Source: a virus
Taxonomy: Duplodnaviria > Heunggongvirae > Uroviricota > Caudoviricetes
Length of the DNA: 64,000 nucleotides
Virus record (IMG/VR): IMGVR_UViG_3300005613_000034
Reading direction: 5' to 3' (one strand)
This document shows positions 49,948-59,167 of this stretch, piece by piece. Under the pieces are notes generated by a model that made no database searches, was not told the origin of the DNA, and worked only from the letters and a program-made list of their open reading frames with translations. The position numbers were made by a program, and so were the translations under genes. Positions within the stretch are counted from its first letter, which is position 1; each line of letters begins with the position of its first letter.

Positions 49948-50634
49948 TTATAATTTTGCTATTACCAAATATTTTGAACATTCATCTTCATATTCTTTTA
50001 TTATTTTTTCTAATTTAATTGATTTCTTTTTATGTTCAGATTTTAATTCTTTTAATAAAGGGGTTAATTCTTTTTTTAGTTCCCTCTGTAAAAAAAATCC
50101 TTGCATTTGATAAGTATAATATTGATAACAAAATTTTAATCTTAAATAATTACCATATTTTATTTTATTTTTTATATAAATATTTCCAGTTGTTCCAACA
50201 AACAATTCACATTTTACTTTTTGTTTAGAAAAATTATTATAAAAAAAAATACATTCTGCTAATCCTTTATTAATAATAATTTCGTGTCTATTGATTTTTT
50301 TAAAATTAATATCTGTTCTATTTGCTTTACCATAAAACAATAATGCTTTTTCTATAAATTCAATTTCGTGTTTTGGAATTTTTGTTTCATAATTATGTTT
50401 AATAAAATGATAACCCGTTTTATAATCCCTCATATACGCATTATACCAACGATTAATCAATCCCTTATTTCTCATTTCGGCAACTAAAACAGGGCAACAT
50501 ATTTTTATATCATTCGCAAGTCGTTCAATAAAATTTTCTGATATTGGGGTTTTAAGTCCTAAACAAAATGTTTCATCTTTTGTTAGCTTAATATGTTTTC
50601 GGTTTAACATTTTTACTATATTTTGATATTCCAT
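49948..50634 (-). CDS. fourth, diverged member of the 44552-47121 paralog family
   Basis: similar length and C-terminal SKYLVIAKL ending; weaker internal similarity. Confidence 0.4.
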   Translation of the reverse strand: MEYQNIVKMLNRKHIKLTKDETFCLGLKTPISENFIERLANDIKICCPVLVAEMRNKGLINRWYNAYMRDYKTGYHFIKHNYETKIPKHEIEFIEKALLFYGKANRTDINFKKINRHEIIINKGLAECIFFYNNFSKQKVKCELFVGTTGNIYIKNKIKYGNYLRLKFCYQYYTYQMQGFFLQRELKKELTPLLKELKSEHKKKSIKLEKIIKEYEDECSKYLVIAKL

Positions 50635-50803
50635 TTATTTCACCTCAACACTAACTTCAATATCTCCACCACAAAATTGGCAAAGACTTTTTCCTACCCC
50701 AGCAATAGATATTTTATCAGAAGATACATTATATTTTGTTTTTAATTTATTAATTAATTGTATCATTTCTGTTCCATTATATATTTCGTCTATTATTATT
50801 GTT

Positions 50804-51067
50804 TTATTCATTTTTTACCCCCTCCCCATTATTATATTCTATTGATAGTCCCCCACACCCACAATTATAATTTCTTAGAATTATATCTTTATCTTGTATA
50901 TTATATTTTTGAGCCATATGAATTACTTTATTTAAAAAATCAGTAAAATTTATTTCATCTTCTATTTCTATTGATATTTCTCCTTTGTTTATTTCAGTAT
51001 ATCCTATTTCATCTATGAATGTTTCCATTATTCTTCCACCCCCAAAATTACTCTTATTTTTCTCCAA
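50804..51067 (-). CDS. hypothetical protein (87 aa)
   Basis: ORF. Confidence 0.35.
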   Translation of the reverse strand: MEKNKSNFGGGRIMETFIDEIGYTEINKGEISIEIEDEINFTDFLNKVIHMAQKYNIQDKDIILRNYNCGCGGLSIEYNNGEGVKNE

Positions 51068-51177
51068 GTGGCTGGGCGTATATGTTCATATTTTTTATTT
51101 TTAGTTCCTTTCTTTTTTAAAAATGTTATAATATCTTTATGAACACCCGTTTGTTTCATTTCTTCCCATTCCATTAT

Positions 51178-51414
51178 TTATTCCCCCTCTAATGTTTCTA
51201 TATACATACTCAAGCTTTCAGTAATGTTTGTTTGTCCTTCTGGAATAACTTCGTCAGCCCCCCTAACAATTACTTTAACTTCAACAATCTTTTCAATTAT
51301 ATCCCCCAACAAATCCTGAACAAACGGATATGCTTCAGCCATTAATTCAGCATTAGCAACAAAGTCTTCAGCTTTATTAAGTTCATCTATTATCTGTTTT
51401 TTCCTACTTACCAT
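51178..51414 (-). CDS. hypothetical protein (78 aa)
   Basis: ORF. Confidence 0.35.
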   Translation of the reverse strand: MVSRKKQIIDELNKAEDFVANAELMAEAYPFVQDLLGDIIEKIVEVKVIVRGADEVIPEGQTNITESLSMYIETLEGE

Positions 51415-51478
51415 TAATCCACCTCTTTATAATGCATAAATAACAATTTCTTTAATAATATCATCAATACTTTCCATT

Positions 51479-51679
51479 TTAATCATTCCTATACAATTCC
51501 TTTTTACATTTACTACAAATTACTTTATAACTTTCTGAACCATAAATCTCTTCATCTCCCCACAATTCTCCTGTGGTGGCTTCAACATAAAACACTTTTT
51601 CCTGAACAACCATAAATTCAGTGCTTCCACACTCGCATTTATCATCTGTTTCAACATAAAACTCTCCTGCTTCGCCCAT
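51479..51679 (-). CDS. zinc-ribbon protein (66 aa)
   Basis: CECGS...CSKCK. Confidence 0.4.
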   Translation of the reverse strand: MGEAGEFYVETDDKCECGSTEFMVVQEKVFYVEATTGELWGDEEIYGSESYKVICSKCKKELYRND

Positions 51680-52316
51680 TTAATCCATCTCCTCTAATTC
51701 AACAATCTTTCCATACAACTCATCTATTTCAGTTGTATATTCTTTAACACTGCTTAATGCGTTTTTAATTATTTGTATCTCTTCTTTTGTAAAATCATAT
51801 ATCATTTAATCACTTCCTCGCCTTGTTTAACAACTTTTGTTCTACATTCAAACACTGACTTATAAGTTTTCGCCCATTCTTTCGCTACATCTTCTTTTTC
51901 AAAGTCAGTTGCTAATATTTCCCAATCGTTGTTTTGATAGTATAAAATATTATACATCGGTTTCACCTCCGTTTAATATAGCCACGCTTACTATTATTAT
52001 TCTTCATTTGTTTATAGTAAGCTAATTCCCACGAATGTATTTTTGTTTTATTTTTGTTCCTACAATTAATTAAACACATATTTTTTGTGTCTAAATAAAA
52101 CTTTCCTTCTTTCGTTTTTACAACTTCCAAATAAACCCCCCCTTAATCAGTTGTAGTAATCAATAGGGGATAGTTTCCATATTATTCAATACAATTTTCC
52201 AACCTAAAATCGTCATACTGACGACTACCTATATATTTAGTGCATACTTATAGCTACGCACAGATTGAATAATATTTCCGTGTCTATCCCCCGTATTTAC
52301 AAGAGATTAAGTGGAT

Positions 52317-52502
52317 TTATTTTTCTGTTGCAAATTTCTTGATTTCTTCAAGGTTTGCAAGGATAAGGTTTGCTTTTCCTTTTCCTATATGTAGGTTTCC
52401 AAAAGATTTTGTTTCATCTCTACCAATAGTCAATATTGGCTTACCTTTAAACTCGCTGTATGCAACGAATGGTTTTGGTTCAGGTTTTAATTTGATTTCC
52501 AT
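52317..52502 (-). CDS. small protein, N-terminal EIKLKP family
   Basis: MEIKLKPEPK.. similar to MVEIKLKPDK.. of 53002..53289. Confidence 0.4.
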   Translation of the reverse strand: MEIKLKPEPKPFVAYSEFKGKPILTIGRDETKSFGNLHIGKGKANLILANLEEIKKFATEK

Positions 52503-52727
52503 TTATTGAACACCCCCGTTTAGTAGTTCTTCAATTTTTGTTTTTTCTGATGGACATAGTGAAACATATTTGTCAAGAATTTCTGTCTTAACAAATGTAT
52601 CTACATCTGTCCTTTCGTTTATTTCTGCCTTTGACTTTACATAGTCAAGAGCAACTGCTACATTTTTAGACATTTTAAATGCCTTTCTTGTAGTATTCTC
52701 GTCCTTTTTTGCATTTACTTCTACCAT
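52503..52727 (-). CDS. hypothetical protein (74 aa) with structured 5' leader
   Basis: preceded by 21-nt repeat, GC hairpin and GGAGGGA SD. Confidence 0.4.
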   Translation of the reverse strand: MVEVNAKKDENTTRKAFKMSKNVAVALDYVKSKAEINERTDVDTFVKTEILDKYVSLCPSEKTKIEELLNGGVQ

Positions 52728-52759
52728 ATATATCCCTCCAATAGTAGTTTTTAGCCCGT

Positions 52760-52780
52760 GCTTTGATGAGTAATCTCTGC
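52760..52780. repeat. 21-nt repeat GCTTTGATGAGTAATCTCTGC, copy 1
   Basis: identical copies at 52922-52942 and 53312-53332. Confidence 0.85.
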
Positions 52781-52793
52781 TCGGACATATTAC

Positions 52794-52817
52794 GGGATAG
52801 TATCTCCATACTACCCC
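52794..52817. other. GC-rich hairpin GGGATAGTAT-ctcc-ATACTACCCC next to repeat copy 1
   Basis: 10-bp stem (1 mismatch) in AT-rich DNA. Confidence 0.5.
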
Positions 52818-52921
52818 TTTCTATATATTCATTCAATCTATTTCAACATTATCAGAGATGATACTTTTTACCTGACGCTGATATCTGCGTATATCACAGT
52901 CATCTTCAAATGTTGGCTCTC

Positions 52922-52942
52922 GCTTTGATGAGTAATCTCTGC
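52922..52942. repeat. 21-nt repeat, copy 2
   Basis: identical sequence. Confidence 0.85.
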
Positions 52943-52963
52943 AAGAACATTTAGGATAGGTTA

Positions 52964-52985
52964 GGGGGTAGATTTTACTACCCCC
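52964..52985. other. GC-rich hairpin GGGGGTAG-atttta-CTACCCCC next to repeat copy 2
   Basis: perfect 8-bp G/C stem. Confidence 0.5.
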
Positions 52986-53001
52986 AATAATAAAAGAAGA
53001 T

Positions 53002-53289
53002 TTATGCCCATCTATTACAGGTTTTATCTACATAATGGAAACCATAATAATAGTTCTTTCCTACTTTCAACTGATTTATAGTTCCGTTTTCTTTTCTTGT
53101 TTTATTCAGAATGCAATTTATGGCGTTCTGTTCTGCATTCAAACGGCTTTCAGTATCCCCTAAATTATAGCGTCTTTGTTCCATTAAGAACATTCTGCCC
53201 ATATTCTGAGTAGAAATATTTGCTACAACTCTTAAAGTTGATTTCCGTATGAATGTAGATTTGTCTGGTTTTAATTTTATTTCTACCAT
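53002..53289 (-). CDS. small protein, N-terminal EIKLKP family (start taken at MVEIK)
   Basis: annotated Met at 53340 lies inside the 21-nt repeat; MVEIKLKPDK follows the GAGGTGG SD. Confidence 0.45.
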   Translation of the reverse strand: MVEIKLKPDKSTFIRKSTLRVVANISTQNMGRMFLMEQRRYNLGDTESRLNAEQNAINCILNKTRKENGTINQLKVGKNYYYGFHYVDKTCNRWA

Positions 53290-53311
53290 TAATCCACCTC
53301 TTTTTTCATTT

Positions 53312-53332
53312 GCTTTGATGAGTAATCTCTGC
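53312..53332. repeat. 21-nt repeat, copy 3
   Basis: identical sequence ~20 nt upstream of GAGGTGG SD and ATG 53289. Confidence 0.85.
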
Positions 53333-54105
53333 AAACGCATAAAGAGTATAGGTAAATCTAATATCGTATCTTTCTATCGTTGGTTTCATAAACCGAACAT
53401 TCAATTAATCAATATTTAGATTAATAGATGTTAAAAATTAGAAAGAGAATTGAATTAAATTTACCCATAATTCTTTATTTCTCTATCTATTAGCTAATTG
53501 CGTTTTTTCACTAATAGAATTAGGACTTTCACCTGTTTTAAGTATTCATTAAATACTTACTTCCGACACTAACTTCATAAGTAGAAACTTTCAAAAACTA
53601 TATTTAGTTTTATCCCGTGTGCCTTATAGTTTAACCTTTTTACAAATAGAACGCTATTTGCAACTGATTAAACCTTTTGCGTTCCAAAAAGAAATTAATT
53701 CTTTTTAGTGAATAGGTTTTTTTGCCTATTCTTAAAGTGCATTACTTACATTTTTTTAAATCTTAAAATAAAACTTTTTTTCTCGTGTTAATCCACGAAA
53801 AGAAAAAATTTTAAGTTATTGGTTGCGACTTAAAAAAATTTCGTGCAATTTAATTTTTCTTGTGGAAATAAAAAATCTCATAACCACTCAACCAAAAATT
53901 TAATTTTTGGATTAAAGAAAAAGCCATTAAAAAAATGCTTCCTCTCTACAAATAGGAATAAAAAAAATCTCTCATTCTAATATATAAACTTTTGCTTAAA
54001 ATTTTCGGTGTGTTTCTCAAAAAGTGGGTTTAAGTGCATTATAACAATATACATAACGCACAAAATCCCTAAAACTTATACATAACTCATCTCCAAAATT
54101 TTTTT

Positions 54106-54130
54106 GAGAACGGGCTTAAAACCCGTTCTC
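54106..54130 (-). terminator. hairpin GAGAACGGG-cttaaaa-CCCGTTCTC overlapping stop of 54116..54451
   Basis: 9-bp perfect stem. Confidence 0.45.
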
Positions 54131-54451
54131 ATATTGTAAATAAGGCATATAATCTATTTTTTCTTTTATTAAAATTGGCTCAATCTCTCTTAATTGCCTT
54201 ACTTTATCTTTTTGTATTTCTCTATTATAAAGAGTTATTTCAGTTTTTTCTTTTTGTTTGCCTATTCTATAAGACATTTTCTTAATGGCGTTTGACGGAT
54301 AAAAAACCTTATATGCTACATTATTATTTGTTATTTGGTAATATCCGTTCGTTTTTCTTATTTGTTTTTGTAATAAGTCAGCATTTGCTTTTAACTTATT
54401 TATTTCTTCTTTATTTCTCTTTTCTTCTGTTCTTTTTCTTTCTTCTTTCAT
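54116..54451 (-). CDS. hypothetical Lys/Glu-rich protein (111 aa)
   Basis: first minus-strand gene after strand-switch region. Confidence 0.4.
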   Translation of the reverse strand: MKEERKRTEEKRNKEEINKLKANADLLQKQIRKTNGYYQITNNNVAYKVFYPSNAIKKMSYRIGKQKEKTEITLYNREIQKDKVRQLREIEPILIKEKIDYMPYLQYENGF

Positions 54452-54842
54452 TTAATCACCTATTTATATATATTTTCGGGAATAAAGCAACATAACGGAT
54501 TAAAGCGATTAATAAAGGCAGAAAAACCCCTTAAAAATAAAAAGAAGGTTAAACTGAACTTGGATTTTGAAACAAAGCCCAAAATGAGCTTTAAATCAAA
54601 AATAAACCTTAAAATTAGGTTTAAATCCAAAAACCAATATTTCACGCAAAAAAGCAGTTATGCTGAAATGCCCGAAAATGTTAATTTTATTAACAAATAT
54701 GATATACTAACGGAAAGAGAGTTTATATAGAATGTGTGAATTTTGCTGTAATATATGGACAGGAAAACAGGGTTTATATGTATCAAAATATACAGGAATA
54801 ACTAATTAACTGAACAAAATGAACATTAACTAAGCGTAGTGA

Positions 54843-54894
54843 ATGAGTGAATTGTTATGTAGAAGTGGCGAAAATGAGCTGTTATGTAGAAGTG
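54843..54894. repeat. two direct repeats AATGAG..TGTTATGTAGAAGTG (~23 bp) in strand-switch region
   Basis: 54843-54868 and 54871-54894. Confidence 0.8.
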
Positions 54895-54935
54895 AATATA
54901 GGTGAACTAGCGCAAACGGAGGGCTACATCCCCCT

Positions 54936-54990
54936 TAAATTATATAAATTATATAAATTATATAAATTTTATAAAGTTTATAAATTTTAT
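54936..54990. repeat. tandem TTATATAAA / TTTATAAA AT-rich repeats (iteron or DUE-like)
   Basis: aaattatataaattatataaattatataaattttataaagtttataaatttta; related copies 55075-55125. Confidence 0.8.
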
Positions 54991-55591
54991 ATGAGAGTGG
55001 TTTTCACCAAAAAATTCAATCCTCATAGAGCGCGAAATTAAAAAAAATTGAAAAAATGGCGAAGCACTATATCCATATAAATTTTATATGATATATAAAT
55101 TTTATAAATTTTATAAGAGATTTCTAGTACATCGATCACATCAAAAAGAAACAATCTTTTTCTTTTGTCTAAACTCTTTAAACAATTACAGTACTATATA
55201 AACAAAAAGCTTTGTGTGGCGGCATTCAAGACCAGCTGAAATTCCAAATTTTTGAGTTTTGGCTCGTAGTTAAAAATTAGGGTAAGGGTAGTAGTCGAAA
55301 AAGTGTTCAAAATAGCATGAAACAACACTTGTTTACCTTATTGCACTATTGTTAAATTTGGTTTCGGGGTGGCTTTAGACCCCCGTAGAATAAACGCAGA
55401 CCCCCAATACACCTATTTTACGGCACCCTGATATAGGTAGGGGCAAAAAACGATTTTTTGTGAGGGAGACTTTATCAAATTTTACAAAAATGTTTTGAGT
55501 TGATGCCCAGGAGACCCTTTTTAACAGTTGCCCAGGCCATTTCTGGACCAGAGTAAAAACATTTATATACTTTGATGCACTATAATATATA

Positions 55592-56644
55592 ATGACATCA
55601 AAAAAATCTGATATTGATAGAACAAATCTTTCTGACATACCTTCATATAGCAAAATGTTTGATAAAATAAAATCAATAGACATCAACGAATACAAAGGAT
55701 ATACCCGGAAAAGAATGATTTGGGTAAAGGCAGCCGCTACTATTCTACTATTAACGGGGTGTAGGGTTACTGAATTACTTTTACTTAGAAAAAAAGATAT
55801 TCGATTCTTTGGATTTAATAATAATGAATTGGTTGGGCAGTTTGATATTTCCCAGATTGCATCAATGCAATTTAATTTATATACCGAGAAGAACCGTAAA
55901 AACAAGTATAGAGTTGTTCCTGTTGTAAAAAACAGTTTTTTTATTGACATGATATCTATTGTATATGATTTTTATAAAACCTTTGATTATGATGAGACAT
56001 ATTTATTCCCACTCACAAGGCAGGGGGTATGGAATGGTATAAAGGCGGTTTTTGGAAATAATATGTTTCCACACTTCCTTAGACACATTTCAGTAACTAA
56101 TGATACTAAAGCTGGTATTTCTCCATCTATTATTAAATCTAAATATGGGTGGACGGATCTTAGACCACATTCAATTTATTCACACTTGAATTGGTTTGAT
56201 ATTCAAACCGCACAAACTTCTGCATGGGGGGAGGCCGCACCCGCTCCAAAAGCCATTATTATTGAACGCCCTAGTTGGATGAAAGGGTCTTATGCCCAAA
56301 TGACCAATTATAATAAAAAAGTTGAGCATGCATTACATAATAATCAAGATTTTGTTCCGCGAGATTTTGATACTATTGAAGAAGCACTTAAAAATAAAGT
56401 TGAAATGGGGGATTCAATAGATGGTAAAATTGTTGTTATTTTGTCTAGAGAGACCGATTTTGATAAAGCTAAAAAGAGGTTTGACGGGAATAAATATATA
56501 TTGATTTATGCTAAAAGTAAGGAAGCTATTAAAAAAATGGAAAGTGTTACTAATGCGTCCGCTCAAAAACGAAGCCCGAATCCAACCCCCCAACCTCCAA
56601 CAAAAACAGTTCCTAAAAATACTCCTCAATTAGCTATGGTGTAG
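55592..56644 (+). CDS. tyrosine recombinase / integrase
   Basis: box I-like LLLTGCRVTELLLLRKKDI (Arg); HFLRHISVT (H-x-x-R); HSIYSHL (Tyr); ~120-aa Pro-rich C-terminal extension. Confidence 0.75.
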   Translation: MTSKKSDIDRTNLSDIPSYSKMFDKIKSIDINEYKGYTRKRMIWVKAAATILLLTGCRVTELLLLRKKDIRFFGFNNNELVGQFDISQIASMQFNLYTEKNRKNKYRVVPVVKNSFFIDMISIVYDFYKTFDYDETYLFPLTRQGVWNGIKAVFGNNMFPHFLRHISVTNDTKAGISPSIIKSKYGWTDLRPHSIYSHLNWFDIQTAQTSAWGEAAPAPKAIIIERPSWMKGSYAQMTNYNKKVEHALHNNQDFVPRDFDTIEEALKNKVEMGDSIDGKIVVILSRETDFDKAKKRFDGNKYILIYAKSKEAIKKMESVTNASAQKRSPNPTPQPPTKTVPKNTPQLAMV

Positions 56645-56845
56645 ATATCTTTTTAAAGTCTTCTGTACATTAATATTATATGGTGACGCGTAAACCAATG
56701 CGAGAAATTGAATTAGATGCATTTGCATTGATTCGTGAATTTGACGATACTCTTGAATATATGGAGAAGAGAATTTTTTATATGAGGCGAAAAGTTGCTG
56801 AAATTAGAAAAGAATTAATAAAACAAAGACCTGATTTTGTAGGAG

Positions 56846-57172
56846 ATGATTGAATTGAGTAAAATTGTGTTGTTATCTAAAGTTAAATTTTCGTTAGGAA
56901 TTATCGGAATGATGTTTAGAAAGAAAAAATTGATTCCACACGTTTTTAAAAAACGGGGGTTTTTTACTGTAAATTCAATGCATGGGTGGTTTATGAGTTA
57001 TCCGATTGACATAATTTTTTTGAATGATAAAAATATTGTCGTAGACAAAGCTTGTTTTGGCCCTTTTGGTGGTTATACTTCTAAGGTTAAAGGAATTGTT
57101 TATGCTGTTGAGGCAATGGAAGGCGATTTTGATGAAATTGAATTGGGAGATACTGTTTTGTGGAATGGGTGA
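56846..57172 (+). CDS. DUF192-like small protein
   Basis: ...ACFGPFGGYTSKVKGIVYAVEAMEGDFDEIELGDTV pattern. Confidence 0.4.
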   Translation: MIELSKIVLLSKVKFSLGIIGMMFRKKKLIPHVFKKRGFFTVNSMHGWFMSYPIDIIFLNDKNIVVDKACFGPFGGYTSKVKGIVYAVEAMEGDFDEIELGDTVLWNG

Positions 57173-57178
57173 TTTTTT

Positions 57179-57544
57179 ATGAGTAAAATTTTATATGGTG
57201 GATTAATTATAATAGCAATAGTTGTAATTGTTATAGGTTGGGGGATTATTTCTGAACCGAAGGTTAATGTTGATAATTTAGCAGAATGTTTGACTGAAAA
57301 AGGTGTTATAATGGCAGGAACGGATACTTGTGCGGCATGTCAAGAACAAAAGCGCCAATTTGGGGATGCATTTGATAAAATCAATTACAAGAATTGTGAT
57401 TATGAAGGAGAGTGGTGTAAACAAAATAATATTACCGGGTTTCCAACATGGGTTTTTCCGGATAGAACCTATTATCGGGGGGTTCAAAATTTAGGGTTTT
57501 TACAACAAGTTTCTGGATGTGAATTATATGAAAAAGAAAAATAA
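57179..57544 (+). CDS. membrane-anchored thioredoxin-fold protein (CxxC)
   Basis: N-terminal TM; GTDTCAACQEQK. Confidence 0.55.
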   Translation: MSKILYGGLIIIAIVVIVIGWGIISEPKVNVDNLAECLTEKGVIMAGTDTCAACQEQKRQFGDAFDKINYKNCDYEGEWCKQNNITGFPTWVFPDRTYYRGVQNLGFLQQVSGCELYEKEK

Positions 57545-57801
57545 AGTAATTTTGTCACGTGAACAAGTTGCTTTGATGTCATTTGGTATTGGTGTTGGGG
57601 TGGGTATTTGTTTGACTTTACGTTGTCTGGAGTGATTGAATGTTTTTTCGGATCTCCGGCTTGTCAGGCTTCTACAGCGTGTGGTATTCCCGATTGTATG
57701 TTAGCTACGCTAAGTATTGTTATTTTGGTTATTGTTGTTGTGTTTGGTTGGCAGGCGTTTTCTAGTTAAGTTTTTAAACATGTCGCCACATATTTAATAT
57801 A

Positions 57802-58044
57802 TTGGTGGAGATGATAAAAATGAATAAGTTAATAATAATTGGAATAACTTTAATCCTAATAATTTCGTTATTTGGGTGTACTGAAAGTAAAAAAGAAGGA
57901 TTCAAGACCGAAGATTGTGAAAATGATTGTGAAAGTTTAGGGCAAAAATATTTTAAATATAATTATTCAATGGGTGGGTACGGCCCAAGTATTGTACAAT
58001 GTTGGTGTGTAAACGATGAAAATGTTGTACAACAGGTATGGTGA
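57802..58044 (+). CDS. small Cys-rich lipoprotein-like peptide (80 aa)
   Basis: signal plus SLFGC-TES lipobox-like site; 6 Cys in mature part. Confidence 0.5.
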   Translation: MVEMIKMNKLIIIGITLILIISLFGCTESKKEGFKTEDCENDCESLGQKYFKYNYSMGGYGPSIVQCWCVNDENVVQQVW

Positions 58045-58050
58045 TAAAAA

Positions 58051-58479
58051 ATGAGTAATAATGAAGATTTAGTTGAAAGAGTTGATTGGGAAAAAATTCA
58101 ACCAATGTCTAGATATGCCGGGGGGCATGATGATCAAATGGAAGGGTTATTAAAAAATTCTACTGTTTTAGCTCATTGGAATGAAGGGGATTATCAAGGA
58201 AGTGTTGCGACATGTGTCCAATTGAATGATACTAAAGAAATAGTGATTTTTTGTGATTATTATGGTTCTTGTAGTGGGTGTGATGCGTGGGAAGATGCTT
58301 CTGATGAAGAAGCTTTAAGAATGTGTAAAGGTCTTGCAGCTGGGGCAAAAATATTTAAGAATATTGAAGAATGTAAAGAATTTTTATCTCTAGAAAAATA
58401 TGAATCTAATGATTATGAATGGGACTGTTGTTCAAAAGAATTACTTGAAGAACTTGAAAATGGTGAAAAAGATGACTAA
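58051..58479 (+). CDS. hypothetical Cys-rich protein (142 aa)
   Basis: FCDYYGSCSGCDAW; stop overlaps next ATG. Confidence 0.45.
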   Translation: MSNNEDLVERVDWEKIQPMSRYAGGHDDQMEGLLKNSTVLAHWNEGDYQGSVATCVQLNDTKEIVIFCDYYGSCSGCDAWEDASDEEALRMCKGLAAGAKIFKNIEECKEFLSLEKYESNDYEWDCCSKELLEELENGEKDD

Positions 58480-59032
58480 AAAACTCAACATTGGATGTGG
58501 GAATCAATACGAAAAAGGTTGGGTTAACACCGAAATTGTTGAAGGGTGTAAAGCCGATTTTTATTTTGATGCTGGGAGAGATCCGTGGCCTTTTCCAGAT
58601 AATACTTTTGAACGCATGAAAGCTGAACATGTTTTTGAACATTTACCAGATTATGATGCAAGAATGCATTTTTTACGCGAAGCTCATAGAGTTTGTGAAC
58701 CAGGGGCAAAAATTTTCTTAGCAATGCCATATTCAAGCAGTGGTGGAACTTGGAATGACATGCAACATATTCGACCATTTGGGGCCGCAAGTTTTGATTA
58801 TGTTTCAGTCAATCCTTCTTCGAAGGTTTCTATTATGCATGACCAGGAAGTAGGTGATCTTGTGGGGGCATTCAAACAAAAGACTACGATAAAATTCGGG
58901 CGATTTTATACAAAATTCCTTTTCCTTGAATTTTTTGCAAATTGGTGGCACACTCGTCATATTTATGAGTTGTTATTTCAATATATTTTCCAAGCACAAG
59001 AATTACACGCTCATTTAGAGGTGGTAAAATAG
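58472..59032 (+). CDS. class I SAM-dependent methyltransferase
   Basis: LNIGCGNQ motif I; start taken at MTKKLNIGCG (ATGA overlap). Confidence 0.65.
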   Translation: MTKKLNIGCGNQYEKGWVNTEIVEGCKADFYFDAGRDPWPFPDNTFERMKAEHVFEHLPDYDARMHFLREAHRVCEPGAKIFLAMPYSSSGGTWNDMQHIRPFGAASFDYVSVNPSSKVSIMHDQEVGDLVGAFKQKTTIKFGRFYTKFLFLEFFANWWHTRHIYELLFQYIFQAQELHAHLEVVK

Positions 59033-59167
59033 AATTGTGCCCAGAATGCGGTAGTTGTAGATCGATGAAATTTTATGGAAAAGGAGCAAAAAAAGGATTA
59101 GGAATAAAAATGCTCGTTATACACTGCGAGTATTGTGGGGCAAAACAAATAAGTTGGGTGAAAACAG

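Noticed and set aside
52750-53340. CRISPR array or hammerhead ribozyme at the GCTTTGATGAG repeats
   Set aside because: There are only three copies, at irregular spacing (162 and 390 bp), with genes between them, so it is not a repeat-spacer array. The TGATGAG core lacks the conserved C3, and no downstream GAAA catalytic segment or three-helix junction is present.
55375-56629. Minus-strand ORFs 55375..55950 and 56414..56629
   Set aside because: They overlap the plus-strand integrase, which has clear catalytic motifs, and are likely spurious.
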